This document shows, piece after piece, positions 1 through 10,340 of a DNA stretch of 64,000 bases. Positions within the stretch are counted from its first letter, which is position 1; each line of letters opens with the position of its first letter. This DNA comes from Nitrospirales bacterium (lineage in GTDB: Bacteria > Nitrospirota > Nitrospiria > Nitrospirales > UBA8639). The stretch is taken from assembly GCA_965203295.1 (NCBI GenBank), contig CBDBCZ010000019.1, positions 768,001 to 832,000 on the forward strand, in the 5' to 3' direction. Made by a program: the position numbers and the translations under genes. Below the pieces are notes generated by a model, which had not been told where the DNA came from, did not search any database, and saw nothing but the letters and a program-made list of their open reading frames with translations.

Positions 1-60
1 CACGCCTTCAGCAGTTTTTTCCCCTTTTTCCAAGAAGACCCGAAAGGGGGCACCAGAGAT

Positions 61-198
61 CTAGTGTCCAGGCCCTATTGTCGCGCTCGTTTCTTCAAAA
101 GAATGCGCTTCGTGCTCTTGATGGCTGCCGATCGCGAGTGGCGTGAGAGATATGAGCCACACTATAGCTAACAATGAAAATAATGTCGCGAGTCTCAT
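61..198 (-). CDS. Small putative secreted peptide (45 aa), possibly a truncated gene
   Basis: GGAGG RBS precedes the ATG at 198. Reads MRLATLFSLLAIVWLISLTPLAIGSHQEHEAH..., a signal-peptide-like N-terminus. Below the ORF-track cutoff. Confidence 0.3.
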   Translation of the reverse strand: MRLATLFSLLAIVWLISLTPLAIGSHQEHEAHSFEETSATIGPGH

Positions 199-347
199 CT
201 TTTCCTCCTATGTCGAACAGCTCTATTGTCTAAAGCAGACTGACCGAACTCTCATTCTTATTCTACACCGTATGCGAGATATGCGCCTTTGTGATCTATC
301 ACAAGAAGTTGTGTAATAGGAAAAAGTGGAGAGTTTCCTGTTTGCTC

Positions 348-2009
348 TTACGCGCTCGTTGGGACATCGTCTGGGTGTGTTGATCCGGCGGCTTGGGCGG
401 CGTGACGTAAAGCATCCAGTCGTTGGGCAAAGCGGTGTCCTGGTTGAATCAGAGAGAGGACCCCCAATCCTTCTAAAACTTCCGTGACATGTGGTTGCAT
501 CCCCACAAAAAAGAGATGCTGCTTGTGGGCTCGAATAATCCGTAGCATATCCTCGATGGCGAGTGCGGACGTGCCATCGATAACAGGCACATCTGACAAA
601 TCCAACACACAGCTCGTAAATTTTTTGAGTCCCGGCACGGTCTCAATCCGACGAACCATATGAATGAGTACAATTTTTCCCTTATTCCGCTCGAGGACCG
701 CTGCTTCCTCCCGCATGAGTGATGTCTCACCATGTTTTTGGCCGAGCCGAAACTCATAGGGCTATCGACGCACTTCAGTAATCACACGCAAGTTCGCGAG
801 TTCAAGATCAGCCATCTCTTTGACGAACAAGACACTCGCTAAGACGACGCCTACCCCCACCGCCGTGATCAGATCCACCGCGACGGTCATAAAGAGCACC
901 AATGCCATGATGATGACATCGGCCCGTGGCGCTTGAACCATATGTCGTAGGAAGCGCCAGTCAATGATTTCGATGCCAACCTTTAATAAAATGCCGGCTA
1001 GTACCGCCAACGGTATTTGTTCTGCGAGGGGCCCTAGCCAGAGTAGAGTCGCGAGGAGCACCAGACCCATGAGCGCGCCAGATAGGGGAGTTCGTCCTCC
1101 AGAGCGGATATTCGCCACTGAGCGCATCGTGGCACCCGCGCCCGGTAGTCCTCCAAACAGGCCGGCTACCATGTTGCCAATGCCTTGGCCAACGAGTTCA
1201 CGATTTGAATCATGTTGTGTGCGAGTCATGTTGTCGCAGACTAGAGACGTAAGAAGGCTATCGATTGCGCACAGTAAGGCGATGACACATGCCTCTTCGA
1301 TCATGATGACCAACGCATCCATGCGAAACGTCGGAACAATAGGTGTTGGAAACCCCTTTGGCATTTCTCCAATCACAGGCGCTTCAGGAAACAAGAACAA
1401 CGCCATTGGGGTGCAGACCAGCAAGGCAAGGAGGGATGGAGGGATGATTTTCCCGATTGCACTGGGGGTGAAATACACAATCCCCAACGCGAGAATACCC
1501 AGGATTGCCGTATGGGGGGCTGGGTTGCTGATAAACTCTGGAAAGGCCATGAGGTTTGCCACCACTCCTGCCTCAGTCCCATGTCCTAGGAGCGGACCGA
1601 TCTGCAAGATAATGATGATGGCTCCAATCCCACTCATGAACCCTGAGATCACAGGATACGGGACGAGACTGATATAGCGTCCCACGCCCAGCATGCCGAG
1701 CAAGATTAAGATCCCACCACCCATAATCACGGTGGTAAAAACCAATGCCTGCTCGTCTGCAAATAGGGCCAACATTCCCGCGAAGACTACGGTCATCGGG
1801 CCTGTGGGGCCTGAGGCTTGAGGCGGTGTTCCCCCAAACAACGCCGCAAAGAATCCCACGAAGATAGCGCCATACAGTCCGGCTACCGCCCCCGCCCCGG
1901 ATGCCACGCCGAACGCCAGCGCGAGAGGCAACGCGATGACTGCTGCAACGACTCCTCCAAAGAAATCGCCCCGCAAATTATTGAAATGCAGGCCATGGAT
2001 AATTTTCAT
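348..2009 (-). pseudogene. SulP/SLC26-family anion (bicarbonate/sulfate) transporter, split into TM domain (762-2009) and STAS domain (348-716) by an internal rearrangement
   Basis: GDFFGGVVAAVIALPLALAFG, GLYGAI, SGPTGPM and NRELVGQGIGN motifs. STAS motif VLDLSDVPVIDGTS lies in a separate ORF, and the STAS PMSFGSAKN block is displaced upstream and out of frame. Confidence 0.8.
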
Positions 2010-2046
2010 GTTCCCATGCTCTTCGTTTCTATTCGTCAGGGAGAGG

Positions 2047-2889
2047 CTAGACCATGATCATTTCAAAACGCGTGAGTTCCTCTTGAGTGAGTTCGAAATG
2101 TTCTATTTGGAGATCCTCTTTCATATGTTGCTCGTTCGTCGTTCCAGTCAACGGGAGCATGCCGATTTGCATGGCAAACCGAAAGATGACCTGCATGGGA
2201 CCCGTCCCGACTCGCTTGGCCATCTCCCAAATTTCAGGATCTCTGAGGACATCGCGATTGACCGTGAGCAGCGAAAAACCTTGATAGATGATGTGATTGG
2301 CTTGGCAGATCTCCCTTACTTCTTTGTCCCATCCGAGCACGGCATAACACCGGTTCTGGACCACCATCGGTTTAATTTCTGCTTGCTCGCAGAGCTGCCT
2401 GAGTTGTCCGGCATTGACGTTGCTGATACCAATCATTTTTGTTCGACCTGATTGATAGATTTTTTCAAGCGCTGCCCACACTTCCCAGTCCGGCTTCCCC
2501 AGCCCTACCCGAGAATAGGGTCCGTGTAACACATAGGAATCCACGTAATCCGTATGAAGGTGTTTCAGCGAGCTTTCAAAGGACTGTCCCACTTGCGTGA
2601 TAATATCTGCAGAGGCATCATAGGGCGTTCGATGATCTTGGCCATCGACCGGCGTAAATTTGGTTTGCAGAAACAGCGTTTCCCGCTTGATCCCTTTCTT
2701 GTCGAGTGCCAGCAGCGCTTCACCCACAAGGGCCTCTTGGTAATGAATGAGCTGGTTAGCCGTATCGATGGCTGTAAAGCCGGTAGACACTGCTAATTCA
2801 ACGAGTTCAGCGGTGGTGTCCTTCTTCCACGCGGTCCCATACATAAAGGCGGGAAGTTTTACGTCATTATAGGCTGTTAATGTCATCAT
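2047..2889 (-). CDS. Aldo/keto reductase
   Basis: YGTAW, AIDTAN, LFLQTKF, DSYVLHGP and IGISN motifs. Confidence 0.85.
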   Translation of the reverse strand: MMTLTAYNDVKLPAFMYGTAWKKDTTAELVELAVSTGFTAIDTANQLIHYQEALVGEALLALDKKGIKRETLFLQTKFTPVDGQDHRTPYDASADIITQVGQSFESSLKHLHTDYVDSYVLHGPYSRVGLGKPDWEVWAALEKIYQSGRTKMIGISNVNAGQLRQLCEQAEIKPMVVQNRCYAVLGWDKEVREICQANHIIYQGFSLLTVNRDVLRDPEIWEMAKRVGTGPMQVIFRFAMQIGMLPLTGTTNEQHMKEDLQIEHFELTQEELTRFEMIMV

Positions 2890-3227
2890 GATGTATGCCC
2901 CAGTTAAGGTGATGGAGTTGTTGTGAATGTGTCGGATTCATCGTACAGATGAGAAAATGATTTCCCAAGAACTCACTTTTCGTTCATCGCATTGTGCTCT
3001 CTCGCATGGAATTTCCCTGCCTGGGGAACGGCTGAGTTTATGAGATCAGGAGCGTACTTTTTCCTTAGACAGGCTTTCAAGCCTGAATGTTTAAGCCTCA
3101 CGGCTTTTCCCTTGTTGACAAACGCAGCGTCCTGCCTTATTGAGAGAGCACGCCGAGAACTCTAGGGTATGAATGACGGCTGTTTTTGTCAGGCAATGAT
3201 GATCAATTTTTCAAGAGGTAACGAAGC

Positions 3228-3596
3228 ATGCCAAAACTCATCGAGGAGCCCACTGTTATCAAGCCAGCAGGTAACAAACCTAAACGGATTGAGGAGTATG
3301 CGGGAAGGGTGGCGACAGGGAATGATTTAGTCAGCGTCGCAAAGATGCTCTCTCTTGAGGGATGGTCCGAACCTGGGCAACGCCCTGACTTTATGGAAAT
3401 TACGGTTGTCCTCAAAGGTATGCTCAGGGTTGAGCACGAGGATGGAGTGATCGACGTCCTGCCAGGCCAATCCATCACCTGTCAGCCTCAGGAATGGATT
3501 CGGTACAGTACTCCGGAGCCAGATGGGTCTGAATATGTCGCCGTTTGCGTCGCCGCCTTTTCACCCGATACGGTCCATCGCGATGCTGAGTCATGA
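3228..3596 (+). CDS. Cupin-domain protein
   Basis: GWSEPGQRPDFMEITVVLKG...WIRYSTP is a cupin-type pattern. GAGG RBS. Confidence 0.75.
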   Translation: MPKLIEEPTVIKPAGNKPKRIEEYAGRVATGNDLVSVAKMLSLEGWSEPGQRPDFMEITVVLKGMLRVEHEDGVIDVLPGQSITCQPQEWIRYSTPEPDGSEYVAVCVAAFSPDTVHRDAES

Positions 3597-3659
3597 CCAG
3601 GTATTGCCCATCAAGTTGTTTCAATAAGTATTCTTTGAGGTGAGGTCTCTAAAGCTCAC

Positions 3660-3944
3660 ATGACATCGCGAGCCCATGCTGAAGCGTTGTACGAGGCGAT
3701 TCAAGCTTTCATAGGCAGTTATGATTCCGGACAGGTTCAAGCCAAACTGGAGCGCGAATTGCGCCACATGCTCCCCACGTGGAGCCAGGAAACACCGGAT
3801 TGTCCAGGATGGTACTGGTTTAAACCACAAGGCATTGGGGAACCTCGCTTGCTCCTTGTGGGTCACGGACGGATCGATACAAAACTGATGGCCGATTTGG
3901 GTCCCCCCAACAATCTGGTGGATGTCCAGCGTATCAAGGGGTAG
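3660..3944 (+). CDS. Hypothetical protein
   Basis: 94-aa ORF with GAGG upstream. No recognised motif. Confidence 0.4.
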   Translation: MTSRAHAEALYEAIQAFIGSYDSGQVQAKLERELRHMLPTWSQETPDCPGWYWFKPQGIGEPRLLLVGHGRIDTKLMADLGPPNNLVDVQRIKG

Positions 3945-4094
3945 TGGGCTGGTCCCCTGCTTCCACCCACGTAAGGCCTCCCGATTTTTTGAAAGAGCAG
4001 CAGGAGTCGACTTGTTGTCGTATGTCCTGTTTGATCTGGAGCGATTGTCTATCTCAGGTGAGCCAAGACGCGAGCCCGACCACTCCGGCGAGAA

Positions 4095-4406
4095 TCATCC
4101 CTCCACCGGCAAGTCGTCTTCCACATGTCCCAAAGGGGAGCACCTTAGACAAAACGCTCCGTGCTCAAATCCCATCCTAAAGGCGCCGCTGACCCCCGTT
4201 CGCCAATGCTCTGCGATGAAGTGTGCTGGGGAGCGGCAATGCTGGAGGAAGACATTTTTCCACGGGGTCATCTGGTAGATGCCTGCTATCATGAGGAGTG
4301 CACCCCCAAGTCCTTCACTACTTGTCACCATCATGGGGGACAGCAGGGCCGTCTGGTGGAGCGCCCACTGTGACAACGTCGCGCCGAAGCTAAACAGACA
4401 CCACAT
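4095..4406 (-). pseudogene. Internal fragment of a DUF2182-like metal-binding membrane protein
   Basis: AGIYQMTPWKNVFLQHCRSP...GAFRMGFEHGAFCL matches the family core (YQxTPxKxxCLxxCRxP). N- and C-terminal parts are missing. Confidence 0.7.
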
Positions 4407-4408
4407 GA

Positions 4409-5275
4409 CTACTTAGCTCCAGACAAAGGCGGTCGTGGGAGCGATCGGTGTCCCTTGGGCGAAGCTGCATGACCGACCCAGTAGTCACCGTATCCATATC
4501 TGACATTTGGGCGGAAAGATAAAGCAGATATACCCATGCCAACCCCGTCACTCCAACCAACGCCTTGGATTATTGGGGCAGGTGGTTGGACAGGAAATTC
4601 TATTGCACTACGCTTTGTGCTGCGCATCTGCATGGCTTTCGCGCTTAGCATATCCGCTTCCTGCTCCAGTTCCTTATCATCATTAATGATCACACCTAGG
4701 TCCTGCATCGTCGGCTTGACCCGGCCCTGCTTCTGCTGCACCGCATGCCAGGCTTCATGGGGGAGATGCTTCTCCTGCCCTGGCGCGAGGTGAATGTCAT
4801 TCCCCTGCGTATAGGCCAAGGCATTCACCTCCGCCGGTTTGTCGGAATTGGCGTGCACCCGCACATCTGAGAGATCCATCTCTGAGAGCGATTCAATGCC
4901 TGCCTTCAATTGATCCGGCATGCCAGTGCGGTTAGATTCAGGTTTGGTCTGCGTCGGCTCGAACTTCCCTTGCACCAGCTCCTCTTTCTCCGGGCCCTTC
5001 GGTTGCAGCATGCTGGGCGCGTCCTGCATTTGCAGTTCCTCTTCTTCGGGTTCTCTTTGCAATTGCGCAGCTTGACCAAATAGGCGGCGGAGCCGCTTCC
5101 GTTGGGCCACCATGGATGGGCTGTTGGTGATCGTATCAGAGAGCGTGCGTTAGACGATGGCGTCGGGACGGTGATCGACGAAAGCGGCAGTACTCGTATG
5201 TTTAGGCTTGCGATCAGGCTCGGCGGCTGACCGGCGGCGGTGTTGGTGAGTTCGGGATTGAGGTGCTGTTTTCAT
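4409..5275 (-). pseudogene. DUF4157 (eCIS core domain) protein with an in-frame stop and truncated C-terminus
   Basis: NRTGMPDQLKAGIESLS..DVRVH..AYTQGNDIHLAPGQEKHLPHEAWHAVQQKQGRV. True start is the ATG at 5275 (AGGAGG RBS), with an in-frame TAA at 5150-5152 inside FVDHRPDAIV*R. Confidence 0.8.
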
Positions 5276-5585
5276 CGCCTCCGCCTCCTTATGAGTGATA
5301 GGGAGTTCCTCTCAAACAAGGCGTTCGCGATAGCTCAGGAAGCTCCAATAGGATCCCTTACGTAGCGTTTTTCCCTAAAGCTGTCAAGATTAGGTTTTCT
5401 CGTGGCATGATGGCACAATTGAGGTTACCAGAATATACGAGCGGATTCTGCATAGCGATGACTCGAGTGGCATGAAAATGGTAACATTCACTCTGATCCA
5501 GCGATGTGTGAGTCGAGTCCTCTTCACCTCAAGCCTTGTAACGCAAAAATCCACATAACTACAATGCAATGGAGACGAAGCGTTT

Positions 5586-7789
5586 ATGAGTCATCCTATA
5601 CCTACTGATTCAACCTCTGAATCTTTTTTGAGGACCAGCCTTCCCCGATTGCAAGAGCTTTCCCGCAATGTGTGGTGGAGTTGGACACCTGTAGCTCACC
5701 AATTGTTTGAAGTCCTCGACCAAACCCTCTGGCGACTGACCCATCACAATCCTGTCAAGCAGCTCCAGGAAATTAAACCTGATCGCCTTGCCCAACTGGC
5801 GGAAGACATCGTATTTCGTCGCCAATATGCTGCGGCTATCAAAGCATCTGACGATTATATGGAAGCTCGAGACCATTGGTTCGGCACACAACACTTGCAT
5901 TGGGCTCATTCTCCTATTGCCTATTTTTCAGCCGAGTTTGGTCTCCATAACTCGGTACCCATTTACAGTGGCGGTCTCGGCGTTCTTGCGGGGGATCATT
6001 TGAAAGAAGCCAATGATCTGGGCATTCCGCTTGTCGGTGTGAGCTTTATGCACAGTCAAGCCTACTTCCGCCAAGTGATCGGACCCGATGGGTGGCAGGA
6101 AGCCGTGTATGAACAGTTTAACCGTCATGCCTCACCAATTGAGCCAGCCTCACACCCTCGGGTGAACAGTGTCGGGTTACTGTAAAGATGGGGCACCGTG
6201 ATGTCGTCTGTCTGGTATGGACAATCGGCGTAGGACGAACACGGCTGTACCTCCTCGATACGGATACGCCAGAGAATACTCCGGACGACCGCATGCTCTC
6301 GGCTCGTCTGTATGGGGGAGACAGTACGGTCCGATTATCTCAAGAAATTATCTTGGGAATCGGCGGGGTGAGGGTGCTCCGAGCTCTGGGTATCCATCCT
6401 CAGGTGTGGCATGCCAATGAGGGACATGCGGCCTTTCTTCATCTGGAACGATTGAGAGAGTTGGTAGAAAACGGGACTTCCTATCAACAAGCTGTCGAGC
6501 AGATTCTGCAAAGCTCCATGTTCACGACGCATACTCCTGTGAAAGCCGGCCATGATTCGTTCTCTCCCCAGCTCATTGAGCAGTATTTTGTCGACTTCTG
6601 GGTCCAACTTGGCCTTTCCAAAGAAGCTTTCTTCGCCTTGGGCAAACATCCACAGGATTCCGAAAACCACTTCCATATGACTGCCTTAGCGATTCATTTT
6701 TCTTCATTGGTGAATGGAGTGAGTCTTGAGCATGGTCGAGTTGCGCGACGCATGTGGCACTGTTTATGGCCAGAAGTTCCTGAAAACCAAGTCCCCATAC
6801 ACAGCGTCACGAACAGTATTCACATTCCCACCTGGATCGCCCCGGAAATGAACCACCTGTACAGCAAATATCTGGGACCACACTGGATGTATGAATCAGA
6901 TGACCCCGCCCTTTGGCAGCGAATTCTCGACGTTCCCGACCATGAAATTTGGGAGGTGCGCCAATTCCTCAAACGGAAGTTGCTGAATTTTATCCGACAT
7001 CGAATACGCTCCGGGTGGGTTGCTGGCCGACTCCAGGCAATCAAGTCCTCGCAGGTGGTGCGCTCCTCGATCCCTACGTGCTGACGATTGGGTTTGGTCG
7101 GCGGTTTGCCACCTATAAACGGGCGAACCTTTTATTTCGAAACCCCGAGCGTCTTCGACAGCTTCTCCAAGATCGGTGGCGACCTGTGCAATTTATCTTT
7201 GTGGGGAAAGCCCATCCGGCTGATGAGCAGGAAGACACCTCATTCAAGAGGTTTACCACTTTTGCCAATCTCACAGCCAAGAGGTTTACCACTTTTGCCA
7301 ATCTCACAGCCTCGGCGGGCACATCGCCTTCTTGGAAGACTATGATATGCATGTTGCGAAATTTCTCGTCCAAGGAGTCGATGTGTGGCTGAATAATCCC
7401 CGTCCCCCGTTCGAGGCCAGTGGGCAAAAGGCGGCTTTGAACGGAGTCCCGAATCTCAGTGTATTAGACGGGTGGTGGAAGGAGGGATATGACGGAGCCA
7501 ACGGGTGGGCTTTTCCCGTTACCTCAGAAGACATGGAGGAGCAGGCTCAAGATGATCATGATACAGAGGCCCTCTATCATCTTTTAGAGCAAGAAGTGGT
7601 TATGAGCGGGATCAAGACAGGATTCCCCATGGATGGGCGAAGATCGTGAAAAACGCCATTCGAACCAATGCCCCGCAGTTTAGCTCTCGTAGAATGCTCA
7701 AGGAATATGTTGAAAAGTTCTACGTACCGCTGCTCTCGAATACTTCTTTTGTTGCCAAAGGGAAAAATGAAAGTAATAAGCTTTCTTGA
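5586..7789 (+). pseudogene. glgP: Alpha-glucan (glycogen/maltodextrin) phosphorylase, multiply frameshifted
   Basis: [49 protein letters not shown] and NLSVLDGWW are spread over several frames. Shifts near 6160, 7035, 7230 and 7600. The PLP-lysine motif is shortened to EASGQK. Confidence 0.9.
7245..7310 (+). repeat. Perfect 33-bp tandem duplication inside the glgP pseudogene
   Basis: CAAGAGGTTTACCACTTTTGCCAATCTCACAGC at 7245-7277 and 7278-7310. Confidence 0.95.
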
Positions 7790-8659
7790 TTATGGTGCTT
7801 GAATTGCCAGAATGGCGTCCTCTGCAGCGGCTTGCACGTTGGGATCAAGATCCGTTTCCGCGATGTGTGAAAGTTTAGGAATAAAAGAAGAATCTCCTAA
7901 CCTCCCCAATACATCTACTGCGATTTTTCGCTCCTCAGGTACGGCCAGTTGGGTTAATTCCCATAACGTTTCTTGAGTCTCGGGATTCTTTAACCCCCCT
8001 ATTTCTCTAATGGCGTTGAGTCGAGCTCCTTTACGAACTGCCGCTAGCCCAGGCCTCTCTACGGGTTCTTGGTAGCCTTTGTCGGTATACGGACGTCGTA
8101 GCATGTGAATAAGCACGGCACCCGCATCCGTTTGATCAAGAAGCCAACCTTTTAGGATTTCCCCCTGGTAAAAATAAAAAGGATTCTCCTCCAGATTATT
8201 AATCGCCTCCCAGTACAAACTGAATATGGAAATTTCATTGGGCTCAGCCTCAAAATGGTTAGAAAAAATCAATCCCATTCTCGGGTGATATACAGAAGTT
8301 TTGAACCGAACCGATATGCCTTGCTCCAAAATACGGAACGTTCCACTGGGGATTTCCCTATACTGCATTTCCATGATGGCATCATGTGCTTTTGCAGGAT
8401 CAAAGACCACGTGAAACCCTGCATCTTGAAGCTTCATTTGCACGGTGCTGACGGGTTCATAGGGTGGATGAGGGAGGTTTAACCAAGTCGACACTGTGCC
8501 GGTCAGCAGAATCGAATGAATCGCTTTGAGGTCTTTTAGGTCCTCAGCTGAGTAGGCAGGTTGGGAGTCTTGGTCAGGCTGGGCCTGAAGAACACATGGT
8601 GAACTCAGACTCAACAAAATATTGAGAACAAGAAACCTAAAAAGAAGATTCGCTACCAT
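7790..8659 (-). CDS. Exported protein with C-terminal HEAT repeats
   Basis: Signal-peptide-like N-terminus. RLNAIREIG, RKIAVDVLGRLGD and VQAAAEDA helical repeats. Confidence 0.7.
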   Translation of the reverse strand: MVANLLFRFLVLNILLSLSSPCVLQAQPDQDSQPAYSAEDLKDLKAIHSILLTGTVSTWLNLPHPPYEPVSTVQMKLQDAGFHVVFDPAKAHDAIMEMQYREIPSGTFRILEQGISVRFKTSVYHPRMGLIFSNHFEAEPNEISIFSLYWEAINNLEENPFYFYQGEILKGWLLDQTDAGAVLIHMLRRPYTDKGYQEPVERPGLAAVRKGARLNAIREIGGLKNPETQETLWELTQLAVPEERKIAVDVLGRLGDSSFIPKLSHIAETDLDPNVQAAAEDAILAIQAP

Positions 8660-8665
8660 CGCTCT

Positions 8666-9535
8666 TTAACGTATCGCGTGAAGAAATGAAGGGTTCACTG
8701 TGCCCCGATACACTTCTGCGACGGGTCCTTTCATTGTCAGGTTGTATTGAGCATCAACGGAAATGTGGAGATCACCTCCCGGAGCCTTGACGGTCACCGG
8801 GCTTTTAACAAGACCGAGCCGTACAGCGGCACTGGCGGCAGCACAGGCTGAAGACCCTGATGCCTGAGTTTCACCAGCCCCTCGTTCCCAAATGAGAATG
8901 GAAATGGCCTTTGGCCCGATCGGCACGGCCAGCTGCACATTGATTCGCTTTGGAAAAATAGTATGGTTTTCTAACTCGGGACCAATCTTGAGCAAATCTT
9001 CGCGTGTCCATTTCTCACCTTTTCTTTTGAAAACTACGCAATGGGGATTGCCCACGCTGACTCCAGTAAATTGTAACGATCGTCCAGCCGCTTTCACAGG
9101 TTGCAGAACTAACTCTGGAATGTTCAGCGAGCATGGTAAAGCACGCGGGCGAAAAATGGCTCGACCCATTTGGACGGTCGCGCCGATAACTCGGTCTTTT
9201 GCGTTCAGATGCAACTGAATTTGGACAATGCCCCCTTTCGTTTCTACACTGAAATGGCGTTGCCGAGTCATTCTCATGGTATGCAGGTAACACCCAAAAA
9301 TCCGTAACCCATTCCCAGACTTTTCCGCTTCGCTCCCGTCAGGATTAAAAATTCGTAATCCAAAGTCAGCCTTTCTCGATGCAGTCAATGTTAAAATGCC
9401 ATCACTTCCTACTCCCCAATTCCGATCGCAGATCGCGCGAATCGTTTTTGGGGTTAACCGGAAATCCAATTCCTTTGCATTCAGGGCGATGTAATCATTT
9501 CCTAAGCCATGGCCTTTAAAAAATCGGTTCTTCAT
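8666..9535 (-). CDS. dapF: Diaminopimelate epimerase with Ser at both canonical catalytic Cys positions
   Basis: KGHGLGNDY, GVGSDG, NPDGSEAEKSGNG, VGNPH and WERGAGETQASGSS. Confidence 0.85.
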   Translation of the reverse strand: MKNRFFKGHGLGNDYIALNAKELDFRLTPKTIRAICDRNWGVGSDGILTLTASRKADFGLRIFNPDGSEAEKSGNGLRIFGCYLHTMRMTRQRHFSVETKGGIVQIQLHLNAKDRVIGATVQMGRAIFRPRALPCSLNIPELVLQPVKAAGRSLQFTGVSVGNPHCVVFKRKGEKWTREDLLKIGPELENHTIFPKRINVQLAVPIGPKAISILIWERGAGETQASGSSACAAASAAVRLGLVKSPVTVKAPGGDLHISVDAQYNLTMKGPVAEVYRGTVNPSFLHAIR

Positions 9536-9784
9536 GTTTTCCCCTTCCCATGAATTTTCGGTCTTTTGGCCTCTTCACCAAAGTCTCTCTGACAAAGGCG
9601 ACGAGGGCCTGGCTGATGGAGGGCATTACAAGACTTGCCAATCTTTGTAACCCTTACCAATCATGATACCCATAGGGCAACCTCCGGCTTTATTTTTGTG
9701 CATTCATCGAGAGTGGAAGGAATCAGGAAACATACCTTATGTGTAAAAACTTGGATGTGACCTTTCAGACAGTGTCTGGCAGGA

Positions 9785-9833
9785 GAGTTTCGAGTTTAAA
9801 GTTTCAGGTTAAAAGTTTAAAGATCTGAGTTTC
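9785..9833 (+). repeat. Degenerate heptamer tandem repeat (7 units, consensus RAGTTTM)
   Basis: gagtttc gagttta aagtttc aggttaa aagttta aagatct gagtttc. Confidence 0.7.
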
Positions 9834-9852
9834 TCGTTTACCGTTCCGCTTC

Positions 9853-10132
9853 GCCGGGTTTCGCCCCGGCAGTCGAGGTCTTTTTGTTTCGGCAAAAGGA
9901 CCCAAAACCATTCCCGCCCGCGCGCGGCCCGGCGGGTCTCCTTCGTCCCAGCACCGAATCACATGGTTGCGGAACTCGCTCCGCTCAGACAGTCCTCGCC
10001 GAATTGTCGGATTCGGTGCTAGGACTCAGCCACGCGCAAAGCGGAAAAAAGGGAGACAGATTTATTTTTAAACCTTTGACGAGGATCCATCTTTCTTGAT
10101 CATTCTAGATGCCCGCTCACCACTGCGGGCAT
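9853..10132. repeat. GC-rich multi-hairpin intergenic element (REP/MITE-like)
   Basis: Stems at 9853-9870 and 9877-9902, a 16-bp inverted repeat at 9945-9960/10010-10025, and a stem at 10109-10132. Confidence 0.65.
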
Positions 10133-10340
10133 AACGAGTCAGGAAATCCTACGCTCCTCCTGAACTCCCACATTCATCTGGCACTGTCCGTCATTTGGAA
10201 TCCAAGTTTTTACATCTTATGACAACCTTTAGCCTCGCTCGCATGGTCATGATTCAGGGAAAATCCTTTGGCAGATAAAGAAATATTTTCAAGAAGGGAC
10301 AGACTTGTGGTCAGCAGGCTAATAGCTTTAGTGTACCGGC

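Noticed and set aside
7245..7310. 33-bp direct repeat as a CRISPR array
   Set aside because: Two abutting copies with no spacer inside a coding relic, and no cas genes. No CRISPR array was seen anywhere in the window.
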